64,000 nucleotides of DNA. Source: Candidatus Dojkabacteria bacterium. GTDB taxonomy: Bacteria > Patescibacteriota > Dojkabacteria > GCA-002793355. The notes beneath the pieces were generated by a model. That model saw only the letters and a list, made by a program, of their open reading frames with translations. It was not told where the DNA came from and searched no databases. Below, piece after piece: positions 37,173 to 47,288 of this stretch (its first letter is position 1; each line of letters begins with the position of its first letter). Both the position numbers and the translations under genes were made by a program. The stretch lies in NCBI GenBank assembly GCA_030583825.1, contig CP129477.1, positions 382,308 to 446,307 on the forward strand, read 5' to 3'.

Positions 37173-39455
37173 ATGTTAAATGAGCTGCTCCAATCATTAA
37201 GCGAATTCCAAATTTATCTCTCGGTCATTTATATTTGTATCCTATTGATAAACTTCTATCTGTTTATATCTACTACTTTCTCTTTTTATAAGACCCAAAA
37301 AATTGGATTCCTCTTTTATTCACTTTCTCATATCTTCACTGCACTTTGGATCATTGCTGTCTATCTTGTTGTAATCATTGCAAATACGACTGTTTTAAAT
37401 AATACCTTGCTGACAAAGATTTCTTTCATGGCAAGTGCTCTTTCTATCTATTTTCTTGCACTTTACCTTATTACCGAATTCGCACTATTTAAACCTTTTG
37501 TTCATAGGATACTTGTCAGTATATTTTCTATATTTGCTCTTATTAACGTCTACATTTCTCTAGCACCAGGATTAGTAGTTGTTGAATATTTTGCTGAACT
37601 CCATCGCGCCGAATATGGCCCTTACCGAAATCTGTTTGCCATATTATTGGTTTTCTCCTGGATCATTCCTCTCATTGCAATGTTTATTTACTATCCTAAA
37701 AGTAGGGGTATCCAACGTTTTCAGCTTAAGTTCCTCATTCCATCGCTATTCGTTACTATTTTATTCCTTTTTGGAACAAACTTATTGCTTCCGACTATTA
37801 TTGGATCCTCAAACGTATCTGCACTTGGGCCAATTTTCATCTCTATTTACTTTGCAGCACTCTTCTACTCGTCTTTTAACTATCGTCTGATCAATGTTCC
37901 AAGAATTATCAGAGGATTGGGTAATATCACGCTAAAGATTGCGTACGTTTTAGCCATTTACTTCTTTCTTGATTCAATTGAAAATTCAAGTTTCAGCATA
38001 GCATTCTTGGTTGTTATTGGTGCAATCAGCTCAACAGTTCTAAAAATAATTGACCGATACACCATCGAGATTGACGATAGTCAACAGGCATATGCGCAGC
38101 TGGAGATCTTATTAAACACAATTTCTAAAGAGTTAAATCTTATTAAACTGTGTAGCGAAATTGAAGATTTGTCACGAAGTATTTTTAGAGGCCATACAAC
38201 TTCTATCATTGTAATGAACTCTAAATCGCGTACTATTCTTTACAAATCCAAGAATCTACGAGGACTGTTTGTTGTAAACAAGCTATTTCATCAGTGGGCA
38301 AAATCAGACGAACATCGTGTACTCACCATCGAAGAGGTAGAATTAGTGCTTCAGGATCCGGATTTTGAGAATCTTGTGCTTTATAAAGAGTTACACAAAT
38401 TCATGACCCGCAATGATATCGGGTTAATTGCGCCGTTAGATAAGAAAGTTATTATCAATGGCGTTTTTATGGTATCCCGTAAGAAGGAAGGAATTTTCAG
38501 TATGAGTGAAATTAAATTTGCAGAGTCTATTGCTAATAACTGTTCTGTGGCCATCTCTCGTGCAATGCTTTACAAAGAAACTCGAGACTTCGCTTCTTTT
38601 CTTGAAGATACGGTTAGCCAGAGAACAATTCAGCTACAGCAGGCAAATGCCCAATTGGAAACGCTTGTTACAGAATTAAAAACGGTTGACCAAGCAAAAA
38701 GTGAATTTATTTCTATTGCAAGCCATCAACTTCGTACGCCAATATCTATCATTCGAGGATATATTTCTATGTTGCTTGATGGAGACTTCGGCCCTGTTCC
38801 AGATGAACAGAAAATGATGCTTGGCAAAGCTCAACAGAGTGTAAAACAGCTTATTAATATTGTTGAGGACATTCTTAATGCTTCTCGTATTGAACAAGGT
38901 CGTCTTGTTATTACTCCTGAAGCATTTAATGTTGCAGAGTTGGTTAAAACTGTAACCTCCGAATTGAAACAAAAAGCAACCAAAAAGGGACTGTCTCTGG
39001 ATTATATTTCAGAGATCTCAAATGTCCAGATCGAGGGAGATAGAAATAAACTGCTTGAAGTGTTTATGAATATCATTGATAACGGCATTAACTATACAAA
39101 GCAAGGAGGAATTTACATTAACGTGGAAGAAACTAAAGATAAAGTACTAACAAGCATTAAAGACTCAGGAATCGGCATTCCAAAAGAGTCTCAAGACAAA
39201 ATATTCAAGCGATTTAGCCGACTTGATAATGCAAAGAAAGTGCGCCCAGATGGAACCGGAATTGGTTTGTATATAGCAAAAACTATCGTTGAATCACATG
39301 GCGGAAAAATCTGGTTTGAAAGCAAAGAAAATATTGGAACAACATTCTTTATTGAGTTGCCGAAGTTGTTTCCTAAAGAACTTCTTCCTGACGAAGAGGA
39401 TAAAAAGATGGCGGCAACACAATTGGAGTCACTCACCACAATCAGTAAAACATAA
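37173..39455 (+). CDS. Sensor histidine kinase with a multi-TM N-terminal sensor region, GAF-like linker, HisKA and HATPase_c.
   Basis: About 8 predicted TM helices in aa 1-290. H-box SIASHQLRTPISIIRGYISML, N-box and G-boxes (NIIDNGINYTKQGG...DSGIGIP...GTGIGLYIAKTIVESHGGKIWFES). Confidence 0.9.
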   Translation: MLNELLQSLSEFQIYLSVIYICILLINFYLFISTTFSFYKTQKIGFLFYSLSHIFTALWIIAVYLVVIIANTTVLNNTLLTKISFMASALSIYFLALYLITEFALFKPFVHRILVSIFSIFALINVYISLAPGLVVVEYFAELHRAEYGPYRNLFAILLVFSWIIPLIAMFIYYPKSRGIQRFQLKFLIPSLFVTILFLFGTNLLLPTIIGSSNVSALGPIFISIYFAALFYSSFNYRLINVPRIIRGLGNITLKIAYVLAIYFFLDSIENSSFSIAFLVVIGAISSTVLKIIDRYTIEIDDSQQAYAQLEILLNTISKELNLIKLCSEIEDLSRSIFRGHTTSIIVMNSKSRTILYKSKNLRGLFVVNKLFHQWAKSDEHRVLTIEEVELVLQDPDFENLVLYKELHKFMTRNDIGLIAPLDKKVIINGVFMVSRKKEGIFSMSEIKFAESIANNCSVAISRAMLYKETRDFASFLEDTVSQRTIQLQQANAQLETLVTELKTVDQAKSEFISIASHQLRTPISIIRGYISMLLDGDFGPVPDEQKMMLGKAQQSVKQLINIVEDILNASRIEQGRLVITPEAFNVAELVKTVTSELKQKATKKGLSLDYISEISNVQIEGDRNKLLEVFMNIIDNGINYTKQGGIYINVEETKDKVLTSIKDSGIGIPKESQDKIFKRFSRLDNAKKVRPDGTGIGLYIAKTIVESHGGKIWFESKENIGTTFFIELPKLFPKELLPDEEDKKMAATQLESLTTISKT

Positions 39456-39496
39456 CAATCTTTCGAAAAAGATTGCAACATACATTTTGGAGAAAA

Positions 39497-41563
39497 TTAC
39501 ATTTCGCCTTTTTTCAGCTTTTGAATAAGGTTTCTGATTTCGATTGCACGCTCGAAGTTCAGCGATTCTGCTTCTCTTTTCATTTCTTGCGTTAAGACTT
39601 TTAGAGTTTCATTTTGTTCGCGTTTTGGCATCGTTTGATAGTTTGCAGTCATCACCTCAACATCTTTGCCAAGCCTGTGCCTGACTCGATCTTCAACTGC
39701 GGCAGCAGAGTCATCTTCGCCTTTCGGTAAAATTCTTTCACGAATACTCTTTTTAATTGATTGCGGAGTAATACCATGCTTTTCATTATATTCAATTTGA
39801 ATTTTGCGGCGTCTTTCGACTTCATAAATTGCTTGCTCCAAGCTTCGAGTTCTGTTATCAGCATAAAGCAATACACGTCCTTCTACATGACGGGCAGCGC
39901 GACCCATTGTTTGAATCAAACTTGTGCGAGAGCGAAGGAACCCTTCTTTGTCCGCATCGAGAATAGCAACAAGTGCAACTTCGGGTAAGTCTAACCCTTC
40001 ACGAAGAAGGTTAATACCCACGAGTACGTCATACTCTCCCTTTCTAAGGTTTGTAAGAATATCGCTTCGTTCAAGAGTTTCAATATCTGAGTGAAGATAG
40101 GTGACTCGCACATTTTCCTGCTTTAGATATTCTGACAAATCTTCTGCCATACGTTTGGTCAAGGTGGTCACTAAAACTCTGAATCCCTTCGAAATTGTGT
40201 CTTTAATCTCTACAATAAGATCCTTAATTTGGTTTTCAGCCGGGCGGACTTCAATAACAGGATCAATAAGTCCAGTTGGACGAATAAGCTGCTCTGCTAT
40301 TCCCTCTTTTCCTGCTTTCTCAAGCTCATATTGTTCTGGAGTCGCGGACAAGTAAATCGTATTTCCCATCCTCTGTTCGAACTCATCAAATTTTAATGGA
40401 CGGTTATCTAAAGCACTCGGAAGTCGAAATCCATAATCAACAAGCGTCTGTTTTCTTGAACGATCTCCGTTATACATACCTCGAACCTGAGGAATTGTAA
40501 TGTGTGATTCGTCTAATACTAGCAAATAGTCATCGGGAAAGTATTCGAGCAAGCTTAGCGGTGCATCTCCAGTATTTCTTCCATCAAAGTACCGAGAATA
40601 GTTTTCAATGCCTTTACAGTAACCGACTTCGCGCATCATTTCTATATCGTAGTTAACTTTCTGCTGCAAACGATAGGCCTCGATCTCTTTGCTCTGAGAT
40701 TTTAATTCCTGCAAACGCTTTTCAAGGTCAATAACGATTTGTGCAATGCCTTTTTCGCGTTCTTCTGCGTCGGTCACGTAGTGTTTGGCCGGATAAAGTA
40801 CAACACGCTCGATTTTATCGCCTGTAAACGCAACCAGCATATCTATGTAGTAATCATAATTTGTGATAATTGTCCCATCAATCGGGTTGAACATATCACA
40901 ACGTGTAATGACATCTCCATCAAAGACAAAGCGAAGTGCAATATCTGCGTAGGAAATATATACATCAAGATTATTTCCACGTACTCGGAATGTTCCGCGC
41001 TTAAAATCTATATCGTTTCGCTCATAAAATAGGTTTACCAGATCATGTTGCAAGTCAAAAGACGAATACTTATCTCCTACGTTTATCAAAACCATTGCTT
41101 TTTTATACGCCTCAGGAGAACCAAGGTTATAAATTGCAGAGACGGAGGCCACAACTATCGTATCTTCACGAGTCATAAGAGAAGTAGATGCTGCAAGTCG
41201 AAGCTTGTCAATTTCATCGTTAATCTGCGCATCTTTTTCGATATACAGGTCGCGTTGAGGAATATATGCTTCCGGTTGGTAGTAGTCGTAGTAGCTGACA
41301 AAATATTGCACTGCATTTTTAGGAAAGAATTCACGAAACTCCTGGTAAAGCTGGGCTGCAAGTGTTTTGTTGTGACTAATGATTAATGTTGGTTTTTGTA
41401 GTTTTTCGATAACATTTGCAACTGTAAAGGTTTTTCCACTACCCGTTACACCAAGAAGAACCTGATGTTTTTTGCCCTCACTCGCAATACCACGAACAAG
41501 CTTATCAATTGCTTTTGGCTGGTCTCCGGTTGGTTTGTATACAGACGATAGCTGGAATTTCAT
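39497..41563 (-). CDS. uvrB: Excinuclease ABC subunit B.
   Basis: Helicase motif I GVTGSGKTFT, UvrB beta-hairpin region, C-terminal UVR coiled coil (FERAIEIRNLIQKLKKGE). Confidence 0.95.
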   Translation of the reverse strand: MKFQLSSVYKPTGDQPKAIDKLVRGIASEGKKHQVLLGVTGSGKTFTVANVIEKLQKPTLIISHNKTLAAQLYQEFREFFPKNAVQYFVSYYDYYQPEAYIPQRDLYIEKDAQINDEIDKLRLAASTSLMTREDTIVVASVSAIYNLGSPEAYKKAMVLINVGDKYSSFDLQHDLVNLFYERNDIDFKRGTFRVRGNNLDVYISYADIALRFVFDGDVITRCDMFNPIDGTIITNYDYYIDMLVAFTGDKIERVVLYPAKHYVTDAEEREKGIAQIVIDLEKRLQELKSQSKEIEAYRLQQKVNYDIEMMREVGYCKGIENYSRYFDGRNTGDAPLSLLEYFPDDYLLVLDESHITIPQVRGMYNGDRSRKQTLVDYGFRLPSALDNRPLKFDEFEQRMGNTIYLSATPEQYELEKAGKEGIAEQLIRPTGLIDPVIEVRPAENQIKDLIVEIKDTISKGFRVLVTTLTKRMAEDLSEYLKQENVRVTYLHSDIETLERSDILTNLRKGEYDVLVGINLLREGLDLPEVALVAILDADKEGFLRSRTSLIQTMGRAARHVEGRVLLYADNRTRSLEQAIYEVERRRKIQIEYNEKHGITPQSIKKSIRERILPKGEDDSAAAVEDRVRHRLGKDVEVMTANYQTMPKREQNETLKVLTQEMKREAESLNFERAIEIRNLIQKLKKGEM

Positions 41564-41664
41564 TGTGTATGGTGAAAGCTATAAATAATCTACTCAAAAA
41601 CTGTGCAATAGAGCATTTTACCATAAAACCTGCCCTATTTTACACAGACTACGGTAAGGTATAA

Positions 41665-42621
41665 TTGCTTATGCTGACAGTTGGACAAATTTTAAAACGC
41701 GCACGCGAACAGGCAAAAGTAACAATAGATGAAATTGCGCAGACAACAAAGATTCGTAAAGAATACCTGGAAAAGATCGAGAGAAACGAATTCACCGGTT
41801 TTGTATCTACAACATTCGTTAAAGGGTTTATTCGCAGTTACGCAAACTTTCTTGACCTTGACCCGGATAATCTTGTGGCACTTTACCGCAGGCAAGTAGG
41901 TGAAGATGAAAAACCCATTAAAGCCAACTTGAAAAAGGTAAAAACGGAGGGATTTTCAATTTCTCCTGCGCATATTATCTCACTTGGACTCGCACTCTTC
42001 TTTATTTTCATCATCGGGGTGCTCATCGTTCAGTTTTACCGCTTACAGCAGCCTCCTGCAATTGAAATTGCCTCCCCGGCAGAATCTCCGTTTACAACAG
42101 ACAAGCAGTCATTTGAAATAAAAGGAGCGACCGAAGATCAAGTTATCCTTATGCTCAATGGAGCGCAAGTGCAACTTCGTCCAGATAAAACGTTCTCTGT
42201 TCTCGTAGAGCTGGCACCCGGAGAAAATATTATCACGATCGAAGGATGGAAAGTAAACGCAGAGCAGAAAAAAACGTATAAAACGCTGGTTGTAACGTAT
42301 AACGCGGATGGAACGCAACAAACATCGGGGCAACAATTTTCTAACACCAATACAAATACTGGTGAGCCGACACCGTTTATTATTACCTCAACTGCCGAAG
42401 CGTGGATCCGAGTCGTTGCTGACAAAACTCAGCTTGCCGTAGGAGTTGTACCGGTCAATTATCGCCGAGAGTTCGAAGCAAAGAATGAATTCGTTGTGAC
42501 AACTGGAAAACCACGAGAAACAAAACTCACCCTAGATGGAGAAGAAAAAGAATGGGATATCAGCAATGGCGTTGGCTCATTAACTTGTACAAAATCCTCC
42601 ACAGGATGGAGATGTGAATGA
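41665..42621 (+). CDS. rodZ: RodZ-like cytoskeleton-associated protein (HTH_25 XRE-type HTH, TM, C-terminal DUF4115-like domain).
   Basis: N-terminal LTVGQILKRAREQAKVTIDEIAQTTKIRKEYLEKIE...FVKGFIRSYANFL parallels the RodZ HTH. A single TM at aa ~95-120 and a beta-rich C-terminal domain follow. Confidence 0.6.
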   Translation: MLMLTVGQILKRAREQAKVTIDEIAQTTKIRKEYLEKIERNEFTGFVSTTFVKGFIRSYANFLDLDPDNLVALYRRQVGEDEKPIKANLKKVKTEGFSISPAHIISLGLALFFIFIIGVLIVQFYRLQQPPAIEIASPAESPFTTDKQSFEIKGATEDQVILMLNGAQVQLRPDKTFSVLVELAPGENIITIEGWKVNAEQKKTYKTLVVTYNADGTQQTSGQQFSNTNTNTGEPTPFIITSTAEAWIRVVADKTQLAVGVVPVNYRREFEAKNEFVVTTGKPRETKLTLDGEEKEWDISNGVGSLTCTKSSTGWRCE

Positions 42622-42747
42622 CCTTCCATGTCTCACCTATTTTAATGGAGCGAGTGCACGTAAAAAGCGCTTATCCATGTTTCACTGAGTTTATACGGAG
42701 CGAGGGAATTCAAAATGTTTTTTCATTTTGAATTCCTCAAGCGACGT

Positions 42748-44064
42748 TTATGGGGAAATTCTCTTTACTCCCCTATAAAGAAACATTGCATCTCTCACAG
42801 ATTCGAGGTTTAGAAGCTTCATTAGCATTCGTGATGGGCCCATTCCAAGTCCTCCATGAGGAGGTGCTCCGTACTTAAAGAAGTCCAAGTAGTACTGTAA
42901 GCTTGGAACATCCATGCCCTTATCTTTTGCTTGTTCAACAAGAATATCGTATCGGTGTTCACGCTGTGCACCGGTTGTAATTTCTACTCCCTTAAACAAA
43001 AGATCAAAGCTTTTTGTTAAAGTTTTATCTTCTTCCAAGCGCATGTGGTAGAACGGACGAACAGTAATTGGATATTCCGTAACGAATACAAATTGGTGAC
43101 CATGTTCTTTTTCAATATATTCACAAAGTTTTCGCTCTTCTTCCGGGCTCAAGTCTCCTGGTTTTTCACTTTCTACACCCATTTGTCCAAGAATTTCTTT
43201 TGCTTCTTTCATCGTGACCTTTGGGAATGGCATTGTTGGAACAACCACCTCAACACCAAGCTGTTTCTTTATCTCTTCGCCAAGTTTCTCTTTTACGTCA
43301 GTCATCATTGCAACAATAAAACGCTCTTCTTCTGCCATGACATCGTAGTGAGAATCAATAAATGAGATTTCAATATCATAACCAGTGAATTCGGTTGCAT
43401 GCCGCGTTGTGAATGATGGTTCTGCGCGAAAAACAGGCCCAATTTCAAAGACTTTTTCAAAACCGGCGGTCATAGCCATCTGCTTGTAAAACTGCGGAGA
43501 TTGAGCCAAATAGGCCTTTCTATCAAAGTATTTAACTTCGAATACTTCAGATCCAGATTCGCTTGCTGATCCCATTAACTTTGGCGAATGGATGTTTATG
43601 TATCCTTGCTCTGTACAATAGCGTACAAAGGCGTTTTCCATGATTGTCCATGTTTTAAATGCGAGTGCTCTTTCTGGCTTGCGAAGATCAATAAATCTCC
43701 AGTCCATACGTGCTTGCTGCTCTGCTTCTGAGCTGCTCTTTTCAACAACCTGAATTGGAAGTTCCGGTGCTGCATGTGTTAAGACTTCCAGGCTTGTGAC
43801 TAAGATTTCAACTCCTGCCTCGACCTGTTTTGCCTCTTTTACTGTTCCTGTGACGGAAATAACGTCTTCTAAATGTAAATCTTTAGAAAGTTCGAGCGCT
43901 TCTGGCGCTTCTTTCGTGACAACAATCTGCACAATTCCGGAAATATCTCGCACCATGATAAATGCCAATGATCCTTGCTTTCTGACAGCATGTGCCCAGC
44001 CTTTGATAGTTACTTCACTGCCGATTTTCTCTCGAAGTGAGCTGACGTGTGTTCTTTCTTTCAT
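42748..44064 (-). CDS. aspS: Class IIb aminoacyl-tRNA synthetase, archaeal/eukaryotic-type aspartyl-tRNA synthetase. Asn specificity is not excluded.
   Basis: 438 aa. N-terminal OB anticodon-binding domain, class II motifs (FRAEPSFTTRHATEFTGYDIE; GAPPHGGLGMGPSRMLM), and a C-terminal ...FLYRGVKRISP tail like archaeal-type AspRS. Confidence 0.75.
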   Translation of the reverse strand: MKERTHVSSLREKIGSEVTIKGWAHAVRKQGSLAFIMVRDISGIVQIVVTKEAPEALELSKDLHLEDVISVTGTVKEAKQVEAGVEILVTSLEVLTHAAPELPIQVVEKSSSEAEQQARMDWRFIDLRKPERALAFKTWTIMENAFVRYCTEQGYINIHSPKLMGSASESGSEVFEVKYFDRKAYLAQSPQFYKQMAMTAGFEKVFEIGPVFRAEPSFTTRHATEFTGYDIEISFIDSHYDVMAEEERFIVAMMTDVKEKLGEEIKKQLGVEVVVPTMPFPKVTMKEAKEILGQMGVESEKPGDLSPEEERKLCEYIEKEHGHQFVFVTEYPITVRPFYHMRLEEDKTLTKSFDLLFKGVEITTGAQREHRYDILVEQAKDKGMDVPSLQYYLDFFKYGAPPHGGLGMGPSRMLMKLLNLESVRDAMFLYRGVKRISP

Positions 44065-44315
44065 ATGTTTTTATTTAAATTTATAGATTTATGAATAATT
44101 AAATGTCTCTAAAGTGATGTGCATTTATAGCACTATAATGAAAAAATTTCCCTTCTACAGGGAATTGGCGTCGCAAACCGATACGGCAGAAACTAAGAAC
44201 TTCTGAAAAAAGGAATGTCTAGACGTTTCTTGTAACATACGTAATTATACCACCTCAATCATGACTCGTGAATAAAATTTTACTCACACTTTTTCCAAAC
44301 GGGGTATAATTCTCT

Positions 44316-44996
44316 ATGACTCAAAAGAAAAAAGTCACAATTGAGCAACTTTATCGCGAGCTTGAGCAATATATTCCTCCACAGCAAGAACCTTTAGTAC
44401 AGGCTGTATTTCGATCGTCAGGGTCATCGTTTCAAGCGCTTGTAACCTGCATATTATCGGCGCGGACAGCAGATAAAACAACAGAAAAGCGTATTCCAGA
44501 GCTATTCAAAATCGTTAAAGAGCCAAAAGACTTAAAAAAAGTGAGCCAACAGCGCCTAGAAAAAATCCTTTTTCCCATTGGATTTTACAAGAACAAAGCA
44601 AAACTACTTAAAAAGTTCCCCGACGTATTAGAAAAAGAGTTTAATGGCGTTATTCCAGAAACGATAGAAGAACTAATAAAGCTGCCAGGAGTTGGACGTA
44701 AAACGGCAAATCTTATTGTATCTGTATGCTTCGACAAAGACGGTATTTGCGTTGATACCCATGTGCACAGAATTATGAACCACATCGGCTATGTAAACAC
44801 TAAAACTCCGCTCGAAACAGAAGCCGCTTTGAGGGAAAAGTTACCCAAAAAGCTCTGGAAAAAAACAAATTCACTTATGGTACTGCTAGGACAGAGTGTT
44901 TGCGCTCCTACATTGATTAATAAGCCAGCATGTCCGCTCAATTGGTACGAATTGAAAGAATCAAAGCCCACAGTAAAGAAAAGGGTTTCCCGCTAA
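44316..44996 (+). CDS. nth: HhH-GPD DNA glycosylase, endonuclease III-like, apparently lacking the 4Fe-4S cluster.
   Basis: HhH-GPD motif LIKLPGVGRKTANLIVSVCF with the catalytic Lys, and the catalytic Asp in VDTHVHRI. The C-terminus has only 2 Cys (CAPTLINKPAC) instead of the 4-Cys FeS loop. Confidence 0.75.
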   Translation: MTQKKKVTIEQLYRELEQYIPPQQEPLVQAVFRSSGSSFQALVTCILSARTADKTTEKRIPELFKIVKEPKDLKKVSQQRLEKILFPIGFYKNKAKLLKKFPDVLEKEFNGVIPETIEELIKLPGVGRKTANLIVSVCFDKDGICVDTHVHRIMNHIGYVNTKTPLETEAALREKLPKKLWKKTNSLMVLLGQSVCAPTLINKPACPLNWYELKESKPTVKKRVSR

Positions 44997-46390
44997 TCTT
45001 CCAAGGCAAACGCTAGAAATGTGTAATATCCCCCTTCAAATTGTGAAAGATTGTACTTCTCGTTTGGTGCATGCAGTCTATCATCAGGAAATCCAAGGTT
45101 TGCAAGCAATGTTGTTGCGCCATAGGCTTCTTTAAATGTATTCACAATGCCAATTGTTCCACCTGTTGCAGTAAGTACTGACTTTTTACCAAATCCTTTC
45201 TCAAACGCGACACTTAGCCTTTTGATTTCTGGATCGTTTGGATCAGTAATATACGGCTTTGCATGGTTTAGAAACTGTAAATCCCACTCTATTCCCTTTG
45301 GCATGATTTTCGCAATATACTTGCGCACTAATTCTGCAATATGATCGGGCTCCTGGTATGGAACAAGTCTAAAGCTGAATTTTACCGATGCTTTGGATGG
45401 AATAATTGTTTTTGCACCACCCCATTGGGTAAACCCAGACTCCATACCGTGAACGTCAAAGCTTGGACGTAATCCTGTTACTGCAAGTGCAGAAAAACTT
45501 TTACCTTTGCGAATATACGGACTAACCGTTCGCGCAGTTGTTTCGTGGCGAATTTGTTCCCACGACGGACTGACTGAGTTCAATGCATCAATTTCTTCTT
45601 CTCCCGGTTTTCGAACAGTTTTGTAAAATCCTGGAACACGAACTCGGTTCTTTTTAATATCTTTCAGCTTGTATACGATGTAAGATGCAACGTTTGCAGG
45701 ATTCATTACGGCATTTCCGTATATACCTGAGTGCATATCTGAGTCAGAGTTCTTTATGTGCAAGTCAAAATATGCGAGACCTCGGGATGCATATTCAATG
45801 CTTGGAGCATCGAAAGTCGCCCATGGGCCGTCAGAAATATAGACATAATCTGCAGCCACTTCCTTATCAAACTTTTTAGATGCAACGATAACTTCGGTGG
45901 TTGCACCTGAAATCTCCTCTTCACCTTCAAAGAAGACTTTTATATTGAAACGGCGCTTTCCTTCTTCACCGTGCTTTAAGTAGTATTCCAATCCGGCAAG
46001 GTTTGTCAGCAACTGGCCCTTATTATCAGTTGTTCCTCGGCCGTACATTGCGCCATCTCGAATTTCTGGCTCAAATGGATCAGATGTCCATTGCTCCAAT
46101 GGTTCTGGTGGTTGCACATCATAGTGACCATACACTAGCAATGTTTTTAATGAAGGATCAAATTCTTTGTGTCCGACAACAACAGGGTATCCATTTGGCC
46201 GATCTTCCGGAAGAATCTCTTTTACATCATCCAGGCCCATTTCGGCAAGTTTTGTCTTCAACCATTCTACAGCGTTGCGAATTTCAGGCTTGAATTGTTC
46301 ATCTGTGCTAATTGACTTAATACGTACAAAGTCAGCAAGCTCGGAATAAAAGCGATCTTTGTGCTGTTCGAAATATTCTTTGGGAGTCAT
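44993..46390 (-). CDS. M20-family metallopeptidase (dipeptidase/desuccinylase-like).
   Basis: Metal-binding motifs YGHYDVQPP, GRGTTDNKGQ and FFEGEEEISG, 465 aa. Confidence 0.8.
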   Translation of the reverse strand: MTPKEYFEQHKDRFYSELADFVRIKSISTDEQFKPEIRNAVEWLKTKLAEMGLDDVKEILPEDRPNGYPVVVGHKEFDPSLKTLLVYGHYDVQPPEPLEQWTSDPFEPEIRDGAMYGRGTTDNKGQLLTNLAGLEYYLKHGEEGKRRFNIKVFFEGEEEISGATTEVIVASKKFDKEVAADYVYISDGPWATFDAPSIEYASRGLAYFDLHIKNSDSDMHSGIYGNAVMNPANVASYIVYKLKDIKKNRVRVPGFYKTVRKPGEEEIDALNSVSPSWEQIRHETTARTVSPYIRKGKSFSALAVTGLRPSFDVHGMESGFTQWGGAKTIIPSKASVKFSFRLVPYQEPDHIAELVRKYIAKIMPKGIEWDLQFLNHAKPYITDPNDPEIKRLSVAFEKGFGKKSVLTATGGTIGIVNTFKEAYGATTLLANLGFPDDRLHAPNEKYNLSQFEGGYYTFLAFALED

Positions 46391-46418
46391 GAGAACGTAT
46401 ATAAAATTACATTAATAA

Positions 46419-47288
46419 TTATCTAATAAATGCGAACAAAATAATGAAAAATACTAATAGCGCAAATGCGATAAGTAATGCCCTATTGGACAAAATAATG
46501 CGAGGAACACTATCGGTAAGCCCTTCGATTTTCGTATCTGAGGTAATTAGCTCGTTGATATAGACGAGTACAAAAACCAGCAATGCTTCGGTATAAAGTA
46601 ACGGCCCAGTAATAAATGAGACAGTCAAATAGTAGGAAATTACGGCTGCCATCAGAATAATGACAAGAAACTTTTTCAGCATGCCTTTTGAGTACTTGCT
46701 AAGAACTGAACGAGCTTCTGTTCCGTATTTAGTGAGTTCGACCAAACGCTGCACTGCGTACATAAAAATAGTAAGGAAGAATACCGTTATTGCCAAGAAC
46801 ATCGGTACAGGGAGAGAAAGCAGCAAGAATCCTGAGGCAGTACGTAGAATGTACAAGGATCCAAGCAGCGCAAACTCTACAAACGGAATTCTCTTTCCAA
46901 TATTTGTGTAAATCATATTTATTGCAAGCACTCCTGCCACAATATATGCAAAGGAGGTGCTTTCAATCATAATCACCATCGCGCAGACGATAACTGACAA
47001 TACAACCGCGATAAACACGGTTTCCTGAATCGTCAGCGCTCCGGACGCCAATGGGCGGTTTTTCTTAGTTGGATGCTTTCTGTCAGCCTCGATATCATGG
47101 ATATCGTTAACGATATAGACTATACTGCTCGTAAAAGAAAGGGTAAAATACCCCAGGAGGAGGGTAATAATATTGGGAATAGATACATGAGTACTCCAGA
47201 GCAAAGGAAAGAAGACGTAAATGTTGCGGTACCATTCGGTTACTCTCATTTCTCGCAGAACATTTTTAAGCTTTACGATAATATTCAT
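46419..47288 (-). CDS. UbiA-family prenyl/phosphoribosyl transferase carrying a decaprenyl-phosphate phosphoribosyltransferase (DPPR synthase)-type motif.
   Basis: NDIHDIEADRKHPTKKNRPLASG matches the NDxxDxxxDRxHPxKxxRPxxSG signature of Rv3806c-type DPPR synthases. It has 8-9 TM helices. Confidence 0.7.
   Translation of the reverse strand: MNIIVKLKNVLREMRVTEWYRNIYVFFPLLWSTHVSIPNIITLLLGYFTLSFTSSIVYIVNDIHDIEADRKHPTKKNRPLASGALTIQETVFIAVVLSVIVCAMVIMIESTSFAYIVAGVLAINMIYTNIGKRIPFVEFALLGSLYILRTASGFLLLSLPVPMFLAITVFFLTIFMYAVQRLVELTKYGTEARSVLSKYSKGMLKKFLVIILMAAVISYYLTVSFITGPLLYTEALLVFVLVYINELITSDTKIEGLTDSVPRIILSNRALLIAFALLVFFIILFAFIR

Noticed and set aside
47073-47186. N-terminal extension of the PAP2 ORF, overlapping the UbiA gene start on the opposite strand.
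   Set aside because: It is probably not translated. The conserved PAP2 domain starts well downstream, and the internal Met at 47187 is a more plausible start. Some 5' overlap of the divergent genes remains possible.
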